From a virus (lineage: Duplodnaviria > Caudoviricetes): DNA of 64,000 bases. This document shows positions 47,987 through 57,913 of this stretch, piece after piece. The stretch covers positions 1 to 64,000 of the IMG/VR virus record IMGVR_UViG_3300044630_002618. The stretch is one strand, 5' to 3'. The notes below the pieces were generated by a model. The model was not told the origin of the DNA, did no database searches, and saw nothing but the letters and a program-made list of their open reading frames with translations. Each line of letters begins with the position of its first letter. Position 1 is the first letter of the stretch. Both the position numbers and the translations under genes were made by a program.

Positions 47987-48208
47987 TTACTTACTGATAT
48001 CTCTGGAGGCGATTTCTTTTAATATCTCGTGGAATACTTCAGCGGCCTGGAGTACCTCATCGTTAGTACCATCTCGGTAGCGCCAGTTATCAAATGACTG
48101 ACAAGTGTAGATAAGGCACTGCTCTCCCCATGTGGCTAATTCTGACTTAGTCATCTTTTGGAGTCGGGCAATCTTTGGGAGATCAGACTTAGGCTTGCGT
48201 CGCATCAT
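47987..48208 (-). CDS. Hypothetical protein
   Basis: 73 aa, coupled to the upstream gene. Confidence 0.65.
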   Translation of the reverse strand: MMRRKPKSDLPKIARLQKMTKSELATWGEQCLIYTCQSFDNWRYRDGTNDEVLQAAEVFHEILKEIASRDISK

Positions 48209-48612
48209 TTCCAGTCCCTGATTTCTTTTGCTTTGTCTTTAAGGAAGCGCCCCTGAACAGCGGTCATCAGACCATCATCGTCAGACATGTCAGAACCTAC
48301 CTTAGAAATACCAATTTGGAAGGTATGTTTCCGAACTTTTATTTGGATGCCCTTACCGATGCGCCACGGCGCAGATGTTTGGCGCATAAAACCAAATGCA
48401 ATAAATGGTGTACCCACAGGTACCACATCTCTACAAATCCAATACACAGGACCTACCGCCTGGACGGCATTCATGGTGTCCTTGAATATTAGGAACGATA
48501 TGAAACAACTAATCAGTAGGGCGATTCCTGTCATGGGGGACATAAGGATAACGCTTACTATTACCCAAACGATTGACGCCAACCATGCTGACATGGCTAG
48601 AAATGCTCTCAT
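48205..48612 (-). CDS. Hypothetical protein with N-terminal hydrophobic segments
   Basis: AAGGA RBS; two predicted TM stretches. Confidence 0.6.
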   Translation of the reverse strand: MRAFLAMSAWLASIVWVIVSVILMSPMTGIALLISCFISFLIFKDTMNAVQAVGPVYWICRDVVPVGTPFIAFGFMRQTSAPWRIGKGIQIKVRKHTFQIGISKVGSDMSDDDGLMTAVQGRFLKDKAKEIRDWK

Positions 48613-48627
48613 TGTAATTCCTTGTTG

Positions 48628-49200
48628 TTAAACGGGCCAATTGCTCTTAGTGTATCCAAATGGTTCAAGAATCTGCCTAATACCCTTACCCTTAGAACTG
48701 TACTCACGATAATTGCGGTAGATGTCTAACGGCATGGGTCCATATTTGTAAACGCCACTGGTGACTCCAGCGCGGTTACGAAACATCACATACACATAGC
48801 CAAGGATGTTATATGACGATCCGCCCTTAGAGCGGTCAGTTTTTTTAATCCTAGAGAACTGCTTAGAAAGGATACTTAACCCCTCATCAACGCTGTCCCC
48901 AATGCCCATGTCTTCAGTTATTTCATCCTTAGTGGCGACAGGTACGAACACATGGGCCACGACGCAAGAACTCTTGGTCGGACCCATGTAGTACTGATCT
49001 ACTGGTTGTACCCAGTAGACACCAAAGTCATCACCGCTAGGTATGAGTTCATTCATACCTGCGTAGAGGTTTGTGGGTGGCAGACGGGCGCCCGTAGATG
49101 GATCTACACGACCAGTGGAACCGCCGTCCCGTTTTCCTTCTTCTAACCTGTCCCAGACGCTTTGAGCGCCTGGACCTAATCCTCGTTTTTTAGTCGCCAC
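48628..49200 (-). CDS. KTSC-like domain protein
   Basis: YV.F......Y.Y..MP...Y......SKG.......Y. Confidence 0.55.
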   Translation of the reverse strand: MATKKRGLGPGAQSVWDRLEEGKRDGGSTGRVDPSTGARLPPTNLYAGMNELIPSGDDFGVYWVQPVDQYYMGPTKSSCVVAHVFVPVATKDEITEDMGIGDSVDEGLSILSKQFSRIKKTDRSKGGSSYNILGYVYVMFRNRAGVTSGVYKYGPMPLDIYRNYREYSSKGKGIRQILEPFGYTKSNWPV

Positions 49201-49206
49201 TGTTTA

Positions 49207-50004
49207 TCAGCCGAACATGGCTTTCCATGTCGTCGGACCAACAACGCCATCATAAGTAAGACCCTTAGCCTTCTGCCAGTTACGGACAAGTTCATGGGTC
49301 TTGGCACCAAAGTCACCATCGGGCTTTGCGCCAACGATTGCCTGAACCAACTTGACGGAGTCACCCTTTGAACCCTGCTTAACGGGTGTTCCTGGGTAAG
49401 TAAAAGTAAGTGCGGGTGCGCCTGCAGGAGCGGCGGCTGGTGCTACGGGAGCGGGTGCGCCATTAGGGGTGGCATCACCGAGGCAGTACTGCCAGTGCCA
49501 TGCCTCAAACTCTTTTGACTTTGGGTCTGAACCCTGCAAGTAGAAACCGTATGAGGGTGCATTAGTGCACATCCACTCAAAACACTTGCCACCCATTGAG
49601 GTAAGTTTGCCGTTGACATCATAACCAAGGTCAATTGCTAGCCCCCAACCGTGGTTAGAACCTTTTAGCCCTGTTGGGTCTGGAGCGGCTGAAGGGGCTT
49701 TGCCCTTCTTGAGGTACCAAGTCTTACCGTCATACTTGCGAGTAACGCCAGTACCAGTGTCTGTCGTGACATAGCGATCCATGAACATATTCAACTGACC
49801 TTCAAATGAGCGGTAGTCGCCCACATTTTTCAATTTAAAGCCAGCGGCGAGAGCGGCGTCGTACAACTTATTGAATTGCTCTGCGACTGGTGCGTACATC
49901 TTTCCGCCAGTCTTAACGGAAGCCAAAACGCTTGGTGCTAACTGACCGTTCTTAAACTGCTTAAGTGCGGTAGGCACTACCAGTTTGATGCAGGGGTAAT
50001 TCAT
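49207..50004 (-). CDS. Endolysin: M15 peptidase plus peptidoglycan-binding domain
   Basis: YRS..Q, SNHGWGLAID, EAWH; DGDFG..T, DGVVGPTTW. Confidence 0.9.
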   Translation of the reverse strand: MNYPCIKLVVPTALKQFKNGQLAPSVLASVKTGGKMYAPVAEQFNKLYDAALAAGFKLKNVGDYRSFEGQLNMFMDRYVTTDTGTGVTRKYDGKTWYLKKGKAPSAAPDPTGLKGSNHGWGLAIDLGYDVNGKLTSMGGKCFEWMCTNAPSYGFYLQGSDPKSKEFEAWHWQYCLGDATPNGAPAPVAPAAAPAGAPALTFTYPGTPVKQGSKGDSVKLVQAIVGAKPDGDFGAKTHELVRNWQKAKGLTYDGVVGPTTWKAMFG

Positions 50005-50015
50005 AGATGTCTCCT

Positions 50016-50276
50016 TTAGGCTGAACCGCCGTCGGTTCCAGTAGTTGTCTTTAACCAGAATACATTAGAAAACTGGTCGTCGTCGCTTGCAACAATGATC
50101 ATATCACCCGGAGTAGGTACGGACCAGACACCACCAATTGCCTCCCTATCCACATAGGACAGGGGTAGATAACTATTTTCACCCATAACATGGGGCAAAG
50201 ACACATAGATTTCACCCGTGGTGCTGTCGGACGACTTAACGAGCGCCCTATAAATCTTGCCACCTGGGTTAAACAT
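50016..50276 (-). CDS. Minimal baseplate spike OB-fold (gp5/gpV N-terminal-like)
   Basis: IYRALV...D...GEI.V.LP...VP.PGD.I.V......VFW. Confidence 0.6.
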   Translation of the reverse strand: MFNPGGKIYRALVKSSDSTTGEIYVSLPHVMGENSYLPLSYVDREAIGGVWSVPTPGDMIIVASDDDQFSNVFWLKTTTGTDGGSA

Positions 50277-50278
50277 AG

Positions 50279-50419
50279 TTACTCAGTAACTTCCTCGTTA
50301 TTGGCTTTCTGTATAGCATCAATCGTAGCCTCTAGGACAGCGATACGCTGGGCCTGCTGTGAAATCTGGTTTACCAGTGATTCAACAATCTTGTTGACAT
50401 CTAGTTGTACATTGGACAT
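50279..50419 (-). CDS. Small coiled-coil protein (46 aa)
   Basis: AGGAG RBS; MSNVQLDVNKIVESLVNQISQQAQRIAVLEA... Confidence 0.7.
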   Translation of the reverse strand: MSNVQLDVNKIVESLVNQISQQAQRIAVLEATIDAIQKANNEEVTE

Positions 50420-50421
50420 TA

Positions 50422-50844
50422 TTATTCTCCTGTTGTTGGGGGTAACGCTTCATTTTCTAGTACTGGAATATCTATAATAACCCATTCTTGAGTTTCTTCG
50501 TTCCATCCCCAAGGTTCATCACCTTCTGGTCGTGGAATAGGGTAAGTCCATAATCCTGTTTCGGGGTCAACGACAAATGAGGGAAATTCTGTTGGCTTAG
50601 GTGGGATAAAAGCATCTAGTGCTTCGTCGTAAGTGTAACCAATTCCAGCATAGTTTTTCCGTACTGGTTCTTTGCCATTCTTATGAATACCACCAATAGT
50701 ATTAACTGATGTTTGAATCCATCTTCCACCAAGATTGTCAACAAACCAATCATAACCCTCATTAGGCATATTGTTATCCCCGACAAGCACATTGATAACA
50801 ATATTGTTATCGTCTATTTGTGCAAAGTGACTCATTTCAGCCAC
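50422..50844 (-). CDS. Fibre-associated protein
   Basis: HFAQID, WIQTS.N, RKNYAGIGYTYD...DAFIPPKP; typical neighbour of Gly-rich fibre tips. Confidence 0.7.
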   Translation of the reverse strand: MAEMSHFAQIDDNNIVINVLVGDNNMPNEGYDWFVDNLGGRWIQTSVNTIGGIHKNGKEPVRKNYAGIGYTYDEALDAFIPPKPTEFPSFVVDPETGLWTYPIPRPEGDEPWGWNEETQEWVIIDIPVLENEALPPTTGE

Positions 50845-51635
50845 CTTAAATAAACTATTCCGCCTGTACCTACAGAGCCAGGGCCAAAACTTGCGTCGTT
50901 TGCTCCTGAACCGCCTGCGCCACCTGAACCTTGATAACCTGAAGTGGCGTTCCTACTGTTCCAGTTACCGCCATCTCCACCTTTTCCAAATGTATTCATA
51001 ACTGTTGTTGTATTTCCACCAAGTGCGCCTACATAGTAAGTTACTAGTGCTGATGCGTTAGAGCCAGCACCTGCGCCACCTCCACCACCATTAGCAGCAC
51101 TTCCGTTATACCCATTTGTCCCTGAATATGTACCATTCCCACTGCCAGTACCACCAGAGAAGCCATATGGATAGTAAACAAAACCACCACCACCACCAGC
51201 AGGGCCAGTTCTTGAAATAGTAACTGCTGCTGGTGTCAGTATGGAAGAGGTGTTACCAGTACCACCTTGGTTACCCTGTATGAATGTACCAAAACCACCA
51301 TTAACTGCCCTAGCACCACCTGCTCCACCACCACCAACAGTTATGGTGTAGTTACCAAGTGGGGCATTTACGATGGTTGTATTATTTGCTAGTGCTCCGG
51401 CTCCACCACCGCCAGCAGAGTTATATCCATAAGTAAAATTATGGGCACCTCCTCCGCCTCCTCCTCCGCCAGCAACTACAAGAACTTCAATGTCTCTAAC
51501 ACCATTGATAATAGTAAATGTTCCACTTGACAAAAAATACACGCCATTATAGTTGCCTTGAGTGTAGGCAGTTCCTCCAGTAGTATACAAACTACTTCTA
51601 CTGCTCCCAATTAAACCAGAAACTGCACCAGCCAT
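50832..51635 (-). CDS. Glycine-rich fibre / receptor-binding protein
   Basis: F.SSGTF, LVVAGGGGGG, C-terminal G..GIVYLRW. Confidence 0.75.
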   Translation of the reverse strand: MAGAVSGLIGSSRSSLYTTGGTAYTQGNYNGVYFLSSGTFTIINGVRDIEVLVVAGGGGGGGGAHNFTYGYNSAGGGGAGALANNTTIVNAPLGNYTITVGGGGAGGARAVNGGFGTFIQGNQGGTGNTSSILTPAAVTISRTGPAGGGGGFVYYPYGFSGGTGSGNGTYSGTNGYNGSAANGGGGGAGAGSNASALVTYYVGALGGNTTTVMNTFGKGGDGGNWNSRNATSGYQGSGGAGGSGANDASFGPGSVGTGGIVYLRWLK

Positions 51636-52180
51636 CAGGTCAAGCCGTTTCCGCTAATCATCCATGTTGTTGCAGTAACTTTAACAGCAGTTGCCATACC
51701 AAATGGGGCAAGAGTTCTAGAACCAGTTGACCCACTACTAACCAAAAGTAAAGTGTCAGATGTGATTGCAATAGTTGCGGTTGCGCCTGTAGCGTTAGCA
51801 AAAGTAATAGTTGTACCAATAGGCATGGCAACGCTTGCATTAGAGGGAATGGTTATTGTGCGAGTCGCAGTGGAATAAATGTGTTTCCCAGCATCAGCCG
51901 CAACTATCGTATAAGAACCTGTGGTCGTAGCGTTTTGAGGCAGACCCATGTAACCGACACCACTCGCACCAGTTGTGGTTGTCCCATTAATAACAGTTCC
52001 AGTAATTTCAGAAGCGTCCGTAGCATACAGCAAAGATGTCCATGCCGTAGAACCAGTACCAATTTTAAGTTTTCCTGTGTCTGTCTCAAATCCCATCTCA
52101 CCTGAAGCAAGAGTTGGGTTTGTAGATGTCCAGTTAGCGGCGGTATCACGCCGTACTTGTATGAGTGCGTTACGAGCCAT
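51635..52180 (-). CDS. Fibre adaptor with Mtd/hyaluronidase-type N-terminal domain
   Basis: IQVRRDTAANWTSTNPTLASGEMGFETDTGKLKIG.G.TAW.SL.Y. Confidence 0.8.
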   Translation of the reverse strand: MARNALIQVRRDTAANWTSTNPTLASGEMGFETDTGKLKIGTGSTAWTSLLYATDASEITGTVINGTTTTGASGVGYMGLPQNATTTGSYTIVAADAGKHIYSTATRTITIPSNASVAMPIGTTITFANATGATATIAITSDTLLLVSSGSTGSRTLAPFGMATAVKVTATTWMISGNGLT

Positions 52181-52341
52181 TATTCAGCCGTCCATTCTTC
52201 GGGGGTGTTACCTTCAGCGAGCCAAGCAAGATACTTTTCATATTCAGGGTGTTCATTATGTTCAGATGTGAACGAGATTCTAAATCCGTTTTCTTCGTAC
52301 CATATCACAGTTGCATTGTTTGTTGTTTGAATGTTATACAT
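52180..52341 (-). CDS. Small fibre assembly chaperone-like protein (53 aa)
   Basis: Not in ORF track; ...EYEKYLAWLAEGNTPEEW; coupled on both sides. Confidence 0.7.
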   Translation of the reverse strand: MYNIQTTNNATVIWYEENGFRISFTSEHNEHPEYEKYLAWLAEGNTPEEWTAE

Positions 52342-53579
52342 CACAACTCCGAGTTAAAAGCGACAGATGCCGATGCGTTGTTGGTTATCAAAACTGAACC
52401 TTGCAAAGCGGTTCCAGAGGTTTCAGTGCTGTTGTAAAAATAAGCCGAGTTAGTGGATGAATACTGCAATGTGAATGAGTTAAATGTGTCTGTGGTCAAT
52501 CCATAAACAGAAGCATAATAATCTGTTCCTGATGAAGCAACAAGTGCGGGTGCAATTCTCATCGTTACAGGGAAAGGAACAACTGTAGCGACAAGTGTAG
52601 AAAAAGAATAAAACGCCATGCCTATTGGCAAGTTTGTTGCACCACGCACCAAAGAATAATAATACCGTTGACATAACGCTAGTTCTGTGCCGATAGGTCG
52701 CTGTTCAAACGGTGTAGCAACACTGCCACGCTCAACCTGAACACCCCAAATATCAAAAGTATTATTTTGAATACCAAGAGTGTTTAATCGCGCATTAAAT
52801 GAAGAACCAGCAGAAGTCCACAAGTTTACATTTAATGCTGAGTCTGAATTAGTCCCCATTGTTTTACCATTAATATTAGGAACATTTATTGTCACCGAAT
52901 ATCTTGCCCACGATGTAGACAAAGTTACTTGATCAACATAATTATTAACATCTGCCGATGGAGAACCACCCGTACCAAAAATTTGAGACAATTCAACAGT
53001 TACTTTAGGTGTGCCACTAGCGGCTTTAGCAAAAAAAGAAACAGTAACTGTACTGTTAGCAAAAGTGCGTACATCTTCAATCCGTTGTTGAAGAACAGCA
53101 AAATCTCCTGAAGCGGATTGGCTCGCAGATACTAGACGAGCAAACTTTACTGCTTCATATCCAGTTGCAGCAGGAGAACCAACAGTGAAAGATTGCGTTG
53201 AATATGTAACAGTACCGCCACCAGCAAAAAAAAGCCATCTATCAAATCCATATGTACCCGATGTTGTACTGCTAGTAAAAACTCTTTGGTTAATACCAAA
53301 GTCACCGTTAATTATCTTGTTACGGAAACCCTGATACGGACTCAAGTAATCCGTATCCTGCAAAAACTGCGTGCCCTCAATAGTACCGTTAACATCCAAC
53401 GCATACGCAGGAGACTGATTGTTGATACCAACCCTAGCGTTAGTAGCGTCAACTTTTAACACAGATGGCGAAATGTTGGCAGCATAAGAAATCCATGTTG
53501 TGCCATCCCACTGCCATGACTTACTGCCTGAGGTAAAGACCTGACCGTTAGTTGGTGATGCTGGAAAAGTAATAGCCAT
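52341..53579 (-). CDS. Tail fibre with carbohydrate-binding-like domain
   Basis: RNKIINGDF.I.QR, DRW, GVQVE.GSVATPFEQR..ELALCQRYY. Confidence 0.85.
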   Translation of the reverse strand: MAITFPASPTNGQVFTSGSKSWQWDGTTWISYAANISPSVLKVDATNARVGINNQSPAYALDVNGTIEGTQFLQDTDYLSPYQGFRNKIINGDFGINQRVFTSSTTSGTYGFDRWLFFAGGGTVTYSTQSFTVGSPAATGYEAVKFARLVSASQSASGDFAVLQQRIEDVRTFANSTVTVSFFAKAASGTPKVTVELSQIFGTGGSPSADVNNYVDQVTLSTSWARYSVTINVPNINGKTMGTNSDSALNVNLWTSAGSSFNARLNTLGIQNNTFDIWGVQVERGSVATPFEQRPIGTELALCQRYYYSLVRGATNLPIGMAFYSFSTLVATVVPFPVTMRIAPALVASSGTDYYASVYGLTTDTFNSFTLQYSSTNSAYFYNSTETSGTALQGSVLITNNASASVAFNSEL

Positions 53580-53725
53580 TATTCATCCACCTTGGGCAGT
53601 GCAAAGCCACCTTCGCTTAAAGGGGTTTGAGACAATTCTTGTAGTTTTAATAAGTTAGCGTACTCTTCATCCGTCATGGGGCGCACAAGGTCATCAATTT
53701 GAATGTTTGGTCGTTCAGTTTTCAT
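53579..53725 (-). CDS. Small fibre chaperone-like protein (48 aa)
   Basis: Not in ORF track; ...IQIDDLVRPMTDEEY... Confidence 0.65.
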   Translation of the reverse strand: MKTERPNIQIDDLVRPMTDEEYANLLKLQELSQTPLSEGGFALPKVDE

Positions 53726-53727
53726 TA

Positions 53728-54603
53728 CTAGTTCCTATATCCATAGACGCGAATTGTTCCGCCTGTAAAAGTCCCAGCAGTACTAGCCAAAGTAAACGCA
53801 GTAAACGATGTATTTGCTGAATGTACACCCGAAGCATGTCCAAAAGCAGCATCGGGATGTGCAAGGTATGCTGATGTTTCCATACGAGTGTGACGAGTTA
53901 AAAATGGGTTAAATAACTTAAAATGAGCATATGCATCGTTGCTTGAACCGCCACCAACCCAAGTAAAGGCAGACTGCACAGTACTTGCCGCTAAAGGCGT
54001 TGAATTATTGGAAACATAGACAAGAGTAGTTCTATAGTTTGCATTTGCTGAACCAAGTTGACAAGTAAATTGAGCATCAATTGTTGCTAACGATGTACCT
54101 GTATAAATAATCTCATAATTATCATATGCCGAACTAAATGCATCAGAAACAACAACAGAACTAGCCGTACCTGTTACTGCTTGACTTTTTACTAACACCA
54201 TTCCTGGTGCAAGACTAGATGACATGTTAGTAACAAGGTTGCCGTAAGTAATCTTACTAGAAGCCGTAGCACTAGCAGGATTATCAACCACAGGAAACAC
54301 ATCATCCGAAGTCAACGAAGTAACCGCACTCAAAGCAGTCACCTGACTAGGTTGCAACGCCCCAGCAATATCCGTAGCGTTACCCACCTCAACCCATGCT
54401 GTTCCAACATAGGCAAATAGGCGACCAGTGTCTGTTTCATACCAAAGATCGTTTGCGTTAGGCGAAGATGGGGGCGCATCAGATGCGCGTAAAACTGGGC
54501 TAGTACCATAAGCAGACCAATAGGTACTATTCCACTGCCAGGTCTTACCACCAGCGGTGTAGAGGTCACCTGCGGTAGGGCTATTTGGGAAGTCAATTGC
54601 CAT
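53728..54603 (-). CDS. Tail fibre / receptor-binding protein
   Basis: MAIDFPNSP N-terminal module; FSSAYDNYEI...GTIRVYGY C-terminal domain. Confidence 0.8.
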   Translation of the reverse strand: MAIDFPNSPTAGDLYTAGGKTWQWNSTYWSAYGTSPVLRASDAPPSSPNANDLWYETDTGRLFAYVGTAWVEVGNATDIAGALQPSQVTALSAVTSLTSDDVFPVVDNPASATASSKITYGNLVTNMSSSLAPGMVLVKSQAVTGTASSVVVSDAFSSAYDNYEIIYTGTSLATIDAQFTCQLGSANANYRTTLVYVSNNSTPLAASTVQSAFTWVGGGSSNDAYAHFKLFNPFLTRHTRMETSAYLAHPDAAFGHASGVHSANTSFTAFTLASTAGTFTGGTIRVYGYRN

Positions 54604-55298
54604 TATGCGCTACCTCCATCTAAAGTTGCGTAGTTTGGCGCGCTTGTGTCAATCCAGTATGAGTCATAATACACAAGAAGGTTGCCAGTATCAGATTTAA
54701 ACCACAAGTTTCCTGATGATGGCGAACCTGGCGCAGTGTCAGATACTGCCATAACTCCAGAGGCACCCGTTTCGCCTGCTAAATGGACACTAAAAGATGG
54801 GTCAAAGTCTGGTGTCCCAACAGTTACATCAGGGGCAACAGACATATAGTAAGAACCAGAAAAGAAAGAAATAGCGTAACAAGTACCAAGTATGTAATTA
54901 CTTGAATCCTCTTCCACCCGTACATAATCGCCAGACGCAAATGCTCCGACGCTACTAACCTTAAAACTCCAATCGCCAGATTCAGGGTCTTCTTCTGCTA
55001 ATTCTGCCGTGCCAATAACATAACCAAGACCTTGTGCACCAGTTGGGCCAGTTGCTCCTGTAGGGCCAACAGGACCAGTTGTATTTACCCAATTAGTCCC
55101 GTTGTACACCAATAATTGGTCTGTAGCAACAGAGGTAATAACAACATCTGTAAGGTCGTTTAATGCCGCTACTGCTGATCCACCGACAGAAGCCGCCCCA
55201 AACTTAGTTCCGTTATATACAAGGGCATCACCATTAGAGGCTCCTGCTGTATCAATTTCAACCCCCTTAACAAAGAGGGACTTTAGAAAGTTAGCCAC
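54603..55298 (-). CDS. Fibre linker protein with short collagen-like stretch
   Basis: LNDLTDV repeat, GPxGPTGATGPTGAQG, VSDTAP...LWF..DTG, C-terminal LDGGSA. Confidence 0.75.
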   Translation of the reverse strand: MANFLKSLFVKGVEIDTAGASNGDALVYNGTKFGAASVGGSAVAALNDLTDVVITSVATDQLLVYNGTNWVNTTGPVGPTGATGPTGAQGLGYVIGTAELAEEDPESGDWSFKVSSVGAFASGDYVRVEEDSSNYILGTCYAISFFSGSYYMSVAPDVTVGTPDFDPSFSVHLAGETGASGVMAVSDTAPGSPSSGNLWFKSDTGNLLVYYDSYWIDTSAPNYATLDGGSA

Positions 55299-55318
55299 TG
55301 TTGTCCTTTAATGACAGA

Positions 55319-56560
55319 TTAAGCAAGAATGACGACTCGGTACTGGTTTGAAGTGGGGGCAGTGGCAAAATATACAGTTGTTGTAGAACTGGTATTAACA
55401 ATATCAGCGTACACAACTTCTCCTGTGGAAACTTCATATACCGATACGGAAATGTCTGCGGTGCCAAGCCCATGGGTAAGTGCATAAGAAGTGGCGCTAG
55501 TGGCTAAGGTTTCAGCATGCTTCTTCTTTGTCCAAACTGGTGCGCTTGCTCCTGCGGTAAGTACATGTCCTGAAGTTCCTAACCCAAGGGTGCTTGTTGT
55601 TGCAGAACCAGTCTGATAAACAATTGAACCAGCGGCACCACCAGTAACATTGGTGGCAGTTGTAGCAGTTGAGGCATTGCCCGTGTACTCAGTTGCTGAT
55701 AATACCTGGGTACCAGCAATTTTAAGTACTTTGCCTGCCGCAAGATCAAGGTTCTCAGAAGAAGTCCATGAACTGGTTGCAGACACCCAGTTCCAGGTTT
55801 TGTCTCCATCTACACCACCTGCAACAGTGATACCTCCACCATTTGCGGTGCTGTTGGTTGGAGTAGTTACTGAACCCAGGACAATGTTTAGATCGTCTAC
55901 GGTGACAGTAGTGCTATTAATAGTAGTGGTAGTACCGTTGACCACCAAGTCACCAGCGATTGTGGTGGTGCTATTGGAAGCACCAATATTGACCGCAGTA
56001 GCCGCACCAGCAAAGTTGACAGTAGCAACTGTGGTGTTAAGCAAGTCAAAGGAAGAAGAGCCAGTTGTCAAACTGGTGGTAATGGCTGGTGAGGTGCCAA
56101 AAACAAGAGCACCAGAACCAGTCTCATCTGAAATGACACCAGCAAGGGCAGATGAGGTAGTAGCCGCAAACTGCCCAAGGGTTCCAGAAGTTACAGCCAC
56201 TCCCGTGACTGCACCAACGCTTGCGTTGACACTACTAACACCAGTACTTGAAGTTAGGTAGGTAGCGGTGTCAACTGACCAATTACTAGCACCATCGGTT
56301 TTAAGGAAGCCTGCGGTACCCGTGAGGGCGGCAATAGCCGTGAGGTCAGCATCTGCTGGTTGCCAAGTTCCTGATGCACCAGATGAGAGTTCTACCCAGG
56401 CGCTACCGTTGTAGTACTTAAGTTTATTTAACCCGCTGGCGGTATCAAAATATAAGCCACCTAGTTTTGCACTAGCGGCTGGGGCGGTACCAGTGTTATG
56501 AATTACAATATTCTGTAGTTCATTACCAGTTAGATCAATATTTGTAAGAAACTTAGACAT
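55319..56560 (-). CDS. Fibre/virion structural protein
   Basis: GDLVVNGTTTTINST.V...D; C-terminal THGLG beta-sandwich. Confidence 0.75.
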   Translation of the reverse strand: MSKFLTNIDLTGNELQNIVIHNTGTAPAASAKLGGLYFDTASGLNKLKYYNGSAWVELSSGASGTWQPADADLTAIAALTGTAGFLKTDGASNWSVDTATYLTSSTGVSSVNASVGAVTGVAVTSGTLGQFAATTSSALAGVISDETGSGALVFGTSPAITTSLTTGSSSFDLLNTTVATVNFAGAATAVNIGASNSTTTIAGDLVVNGTTTTINSTTVTVDDLNIVLGSVTTPTNSTANGGGITVAGGVDGDKTWNWVSATSSWTSSENLDLAAGKVLKIAGTQVLSATEYTGNASTATTATNVTGGAAGSIVYQTGSATTSTLGLGTSGHVLTAGASAPVWTKKKHAETLATSATSYALTHGLGTADISVSVYEVSTGEVVYADIVNTSSTTTVYFATAPTSNQYRVVILA

Positions 56561-56566
56561 GATACC

Positions 56567-56992
56567 TCACGATAAATAGGCTTTTCCACCAAAGGAAGCG
56601 TTGAATGATACGGTTACAATGTTTTGTGATACATAGTTTACATCACCTATTACATAGTTGCCCCCGCTATCCACTACGGATACGGCAGGGAAAAACCCAA
56701 GGTTATGTGTAATTGTCCAAGTTGTAGACGAAGTTATTTGGTTATGCGTGTAATTACCACCAACTGGTAGAACAAAATTAAGAGTTTGAGACGGCGCTGT
56801 ACCAGTAAGTGTTACCGCAGGAGCAGGTCCAGAAACGACTGTACCAACCGTTAGAACATTAGGTGGCCCAGCCACACCAGGGTCGTGTATCTCCAGCAGA
56901 CGATCAGCGGGTTCTGAGACCACTGAGTCTGTCTTAGTGCGGGTAACCGTAATAAATGTGCCCGCGGGCTTGGATACCTCTACAGTGCTCAT
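56567..56992 (-). CDS. Virion structural protein
   Basis: Start re-called at ATG 56992 (ATGA); W.ITHNLG..P.V.V.D domain. Confidence 0.7.
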   Translation of the reverse strand: MSTVEVSKPAGTFITVTRTKTDSVVSEPADRLLEIHDPGVAGPPNVLTVGTVVSGPAPAVTLTGTAPSQTLNFVLPVGGNYTHNQITSSTTWTITHNLGFFPAVSVVDSGGNYVIGDVNYVSQNIVTVSFNASFGGKAYLS

Positions 56993-57726
56993 GCTGGGGG
57001 CGTAGACACCGCTTGCTGGACAAATAGCGTTCCCGATGCGAGGTTGTCCCAATCTCCAGCGGAGTCCTTAACGAACAGGTCAAATGAGTGATTACCAGCG
57101 GGAATGCTGTTCTTATCAGAAATATGAATTTCTAAGGTAGCGCCAGCCTTGGGTGCAATGTAACCACGACGATTAGCCGTTAGCGCAAGAATGGTAGCCT
57201 CATTGGGAGCGGTGGCATACCAGCGTAGGTCTAGGACCGTAGTACCTGCGGCGTCTTTTGCCTGCATATATGCGTCTGTGACTGCAATAATGACACCATC
57301 TGCATCGCGCCAAGTAAAATTACGGCGGAAGTCCACATACTGTTTGAATCTGATCTCCATTTTTTGTGAGTCCTCCGAAGGCGTAATGTCATCCGATTCT
57401 GATACTGAGATAATCCCGCGGATAACTGGTTGGGTAGTTGTGGATGATTGACCAGTGTAATAAACCAAGCGGTTACAGGTAGCAATAACATCAAATTCAA
57501 GATCACCAACTGGTAATTCTCGTGTCTGTTCGGCAGTCAGGCAGATGAATATTTCACCCTTATTTGTAAGGTTTATGTCAAACTCAACAATGCTGGCGTC
57601 ACTGGTTTTGATTGACCCACGGGCCTCCTGTACCTTTACGAGTCGTCGCGTACGGCGGTCTTTGACGACAACGAGCCGTTCCCACGGCAAACCTTTAGTA
57701 AGTGTATATGCGGCCCGATTCGTCAT
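56989..57726 (-). CDS. Tandem BppU-like baseplate upper domain protein
   Basis: Two similar beta domains (GDLEFDV / GNHSFDL). Confidence 0.6.
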   Translation of the reverse strand: MTNRAAYTLTKGLPWERLVVVKDRRTRRLVKVQEARGSIKTSDASIVEFDINLTNKGEIFICLTAEQTRELPVGDLEFDVIATCNRLVYYTGQSSTTTQPVIRGIISVSESDDITPSEDSQKMEIRFKQYVDFRRNFTWRDADGVIIAVTDAYMQAKDAAGTTVLDLRWYATAPNEATILALTANRRGYIAPKAGATLEIHISDKNSIPAGNHSFDLFVKDSAGDWDNLASGTLFVQQAVSTPPA

Positions 57727-57740
57727 GGTCTAATGATACC

Positions 57741-57911
57741 TCATTCATCATCATCAGGGGTAAGTACTCCTGCCATATGAAACAACAATGATACTACTGA
57801 AATAACTACACCAAGGTCACGAGTTGACCCTGAGAGGGTAATAAGAACTAATCCAGTACCTCCAAGGGTCCAGGCCAATCCTGATGATTCTTTCCATAAT
57901 TTCTTAAACAT
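57741..57911 (-). CDS. Small 2-TM membrane protein (56 aa)
   Basis: Not in ORF track; LAWTLGGTGLVLITLSG...VVISVVSLLF. Confidence 0.7.
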   Translation of the reverse strand: MFKKLWKESSGLAWTLGGTGLVLITLSGSTRDLGVVISVVSLLFHMAGVLTPDDDE

Positions 57912-57913
57912 GG

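Noticed and set aside
50832-54603. Diversity-generating retroelement implied by the Mtd-like domain
   Set aside because: Only the N-terminal anchor is Mtd-like; no reverse transcriptase or adenine-variant TR/VR pair seen in the window
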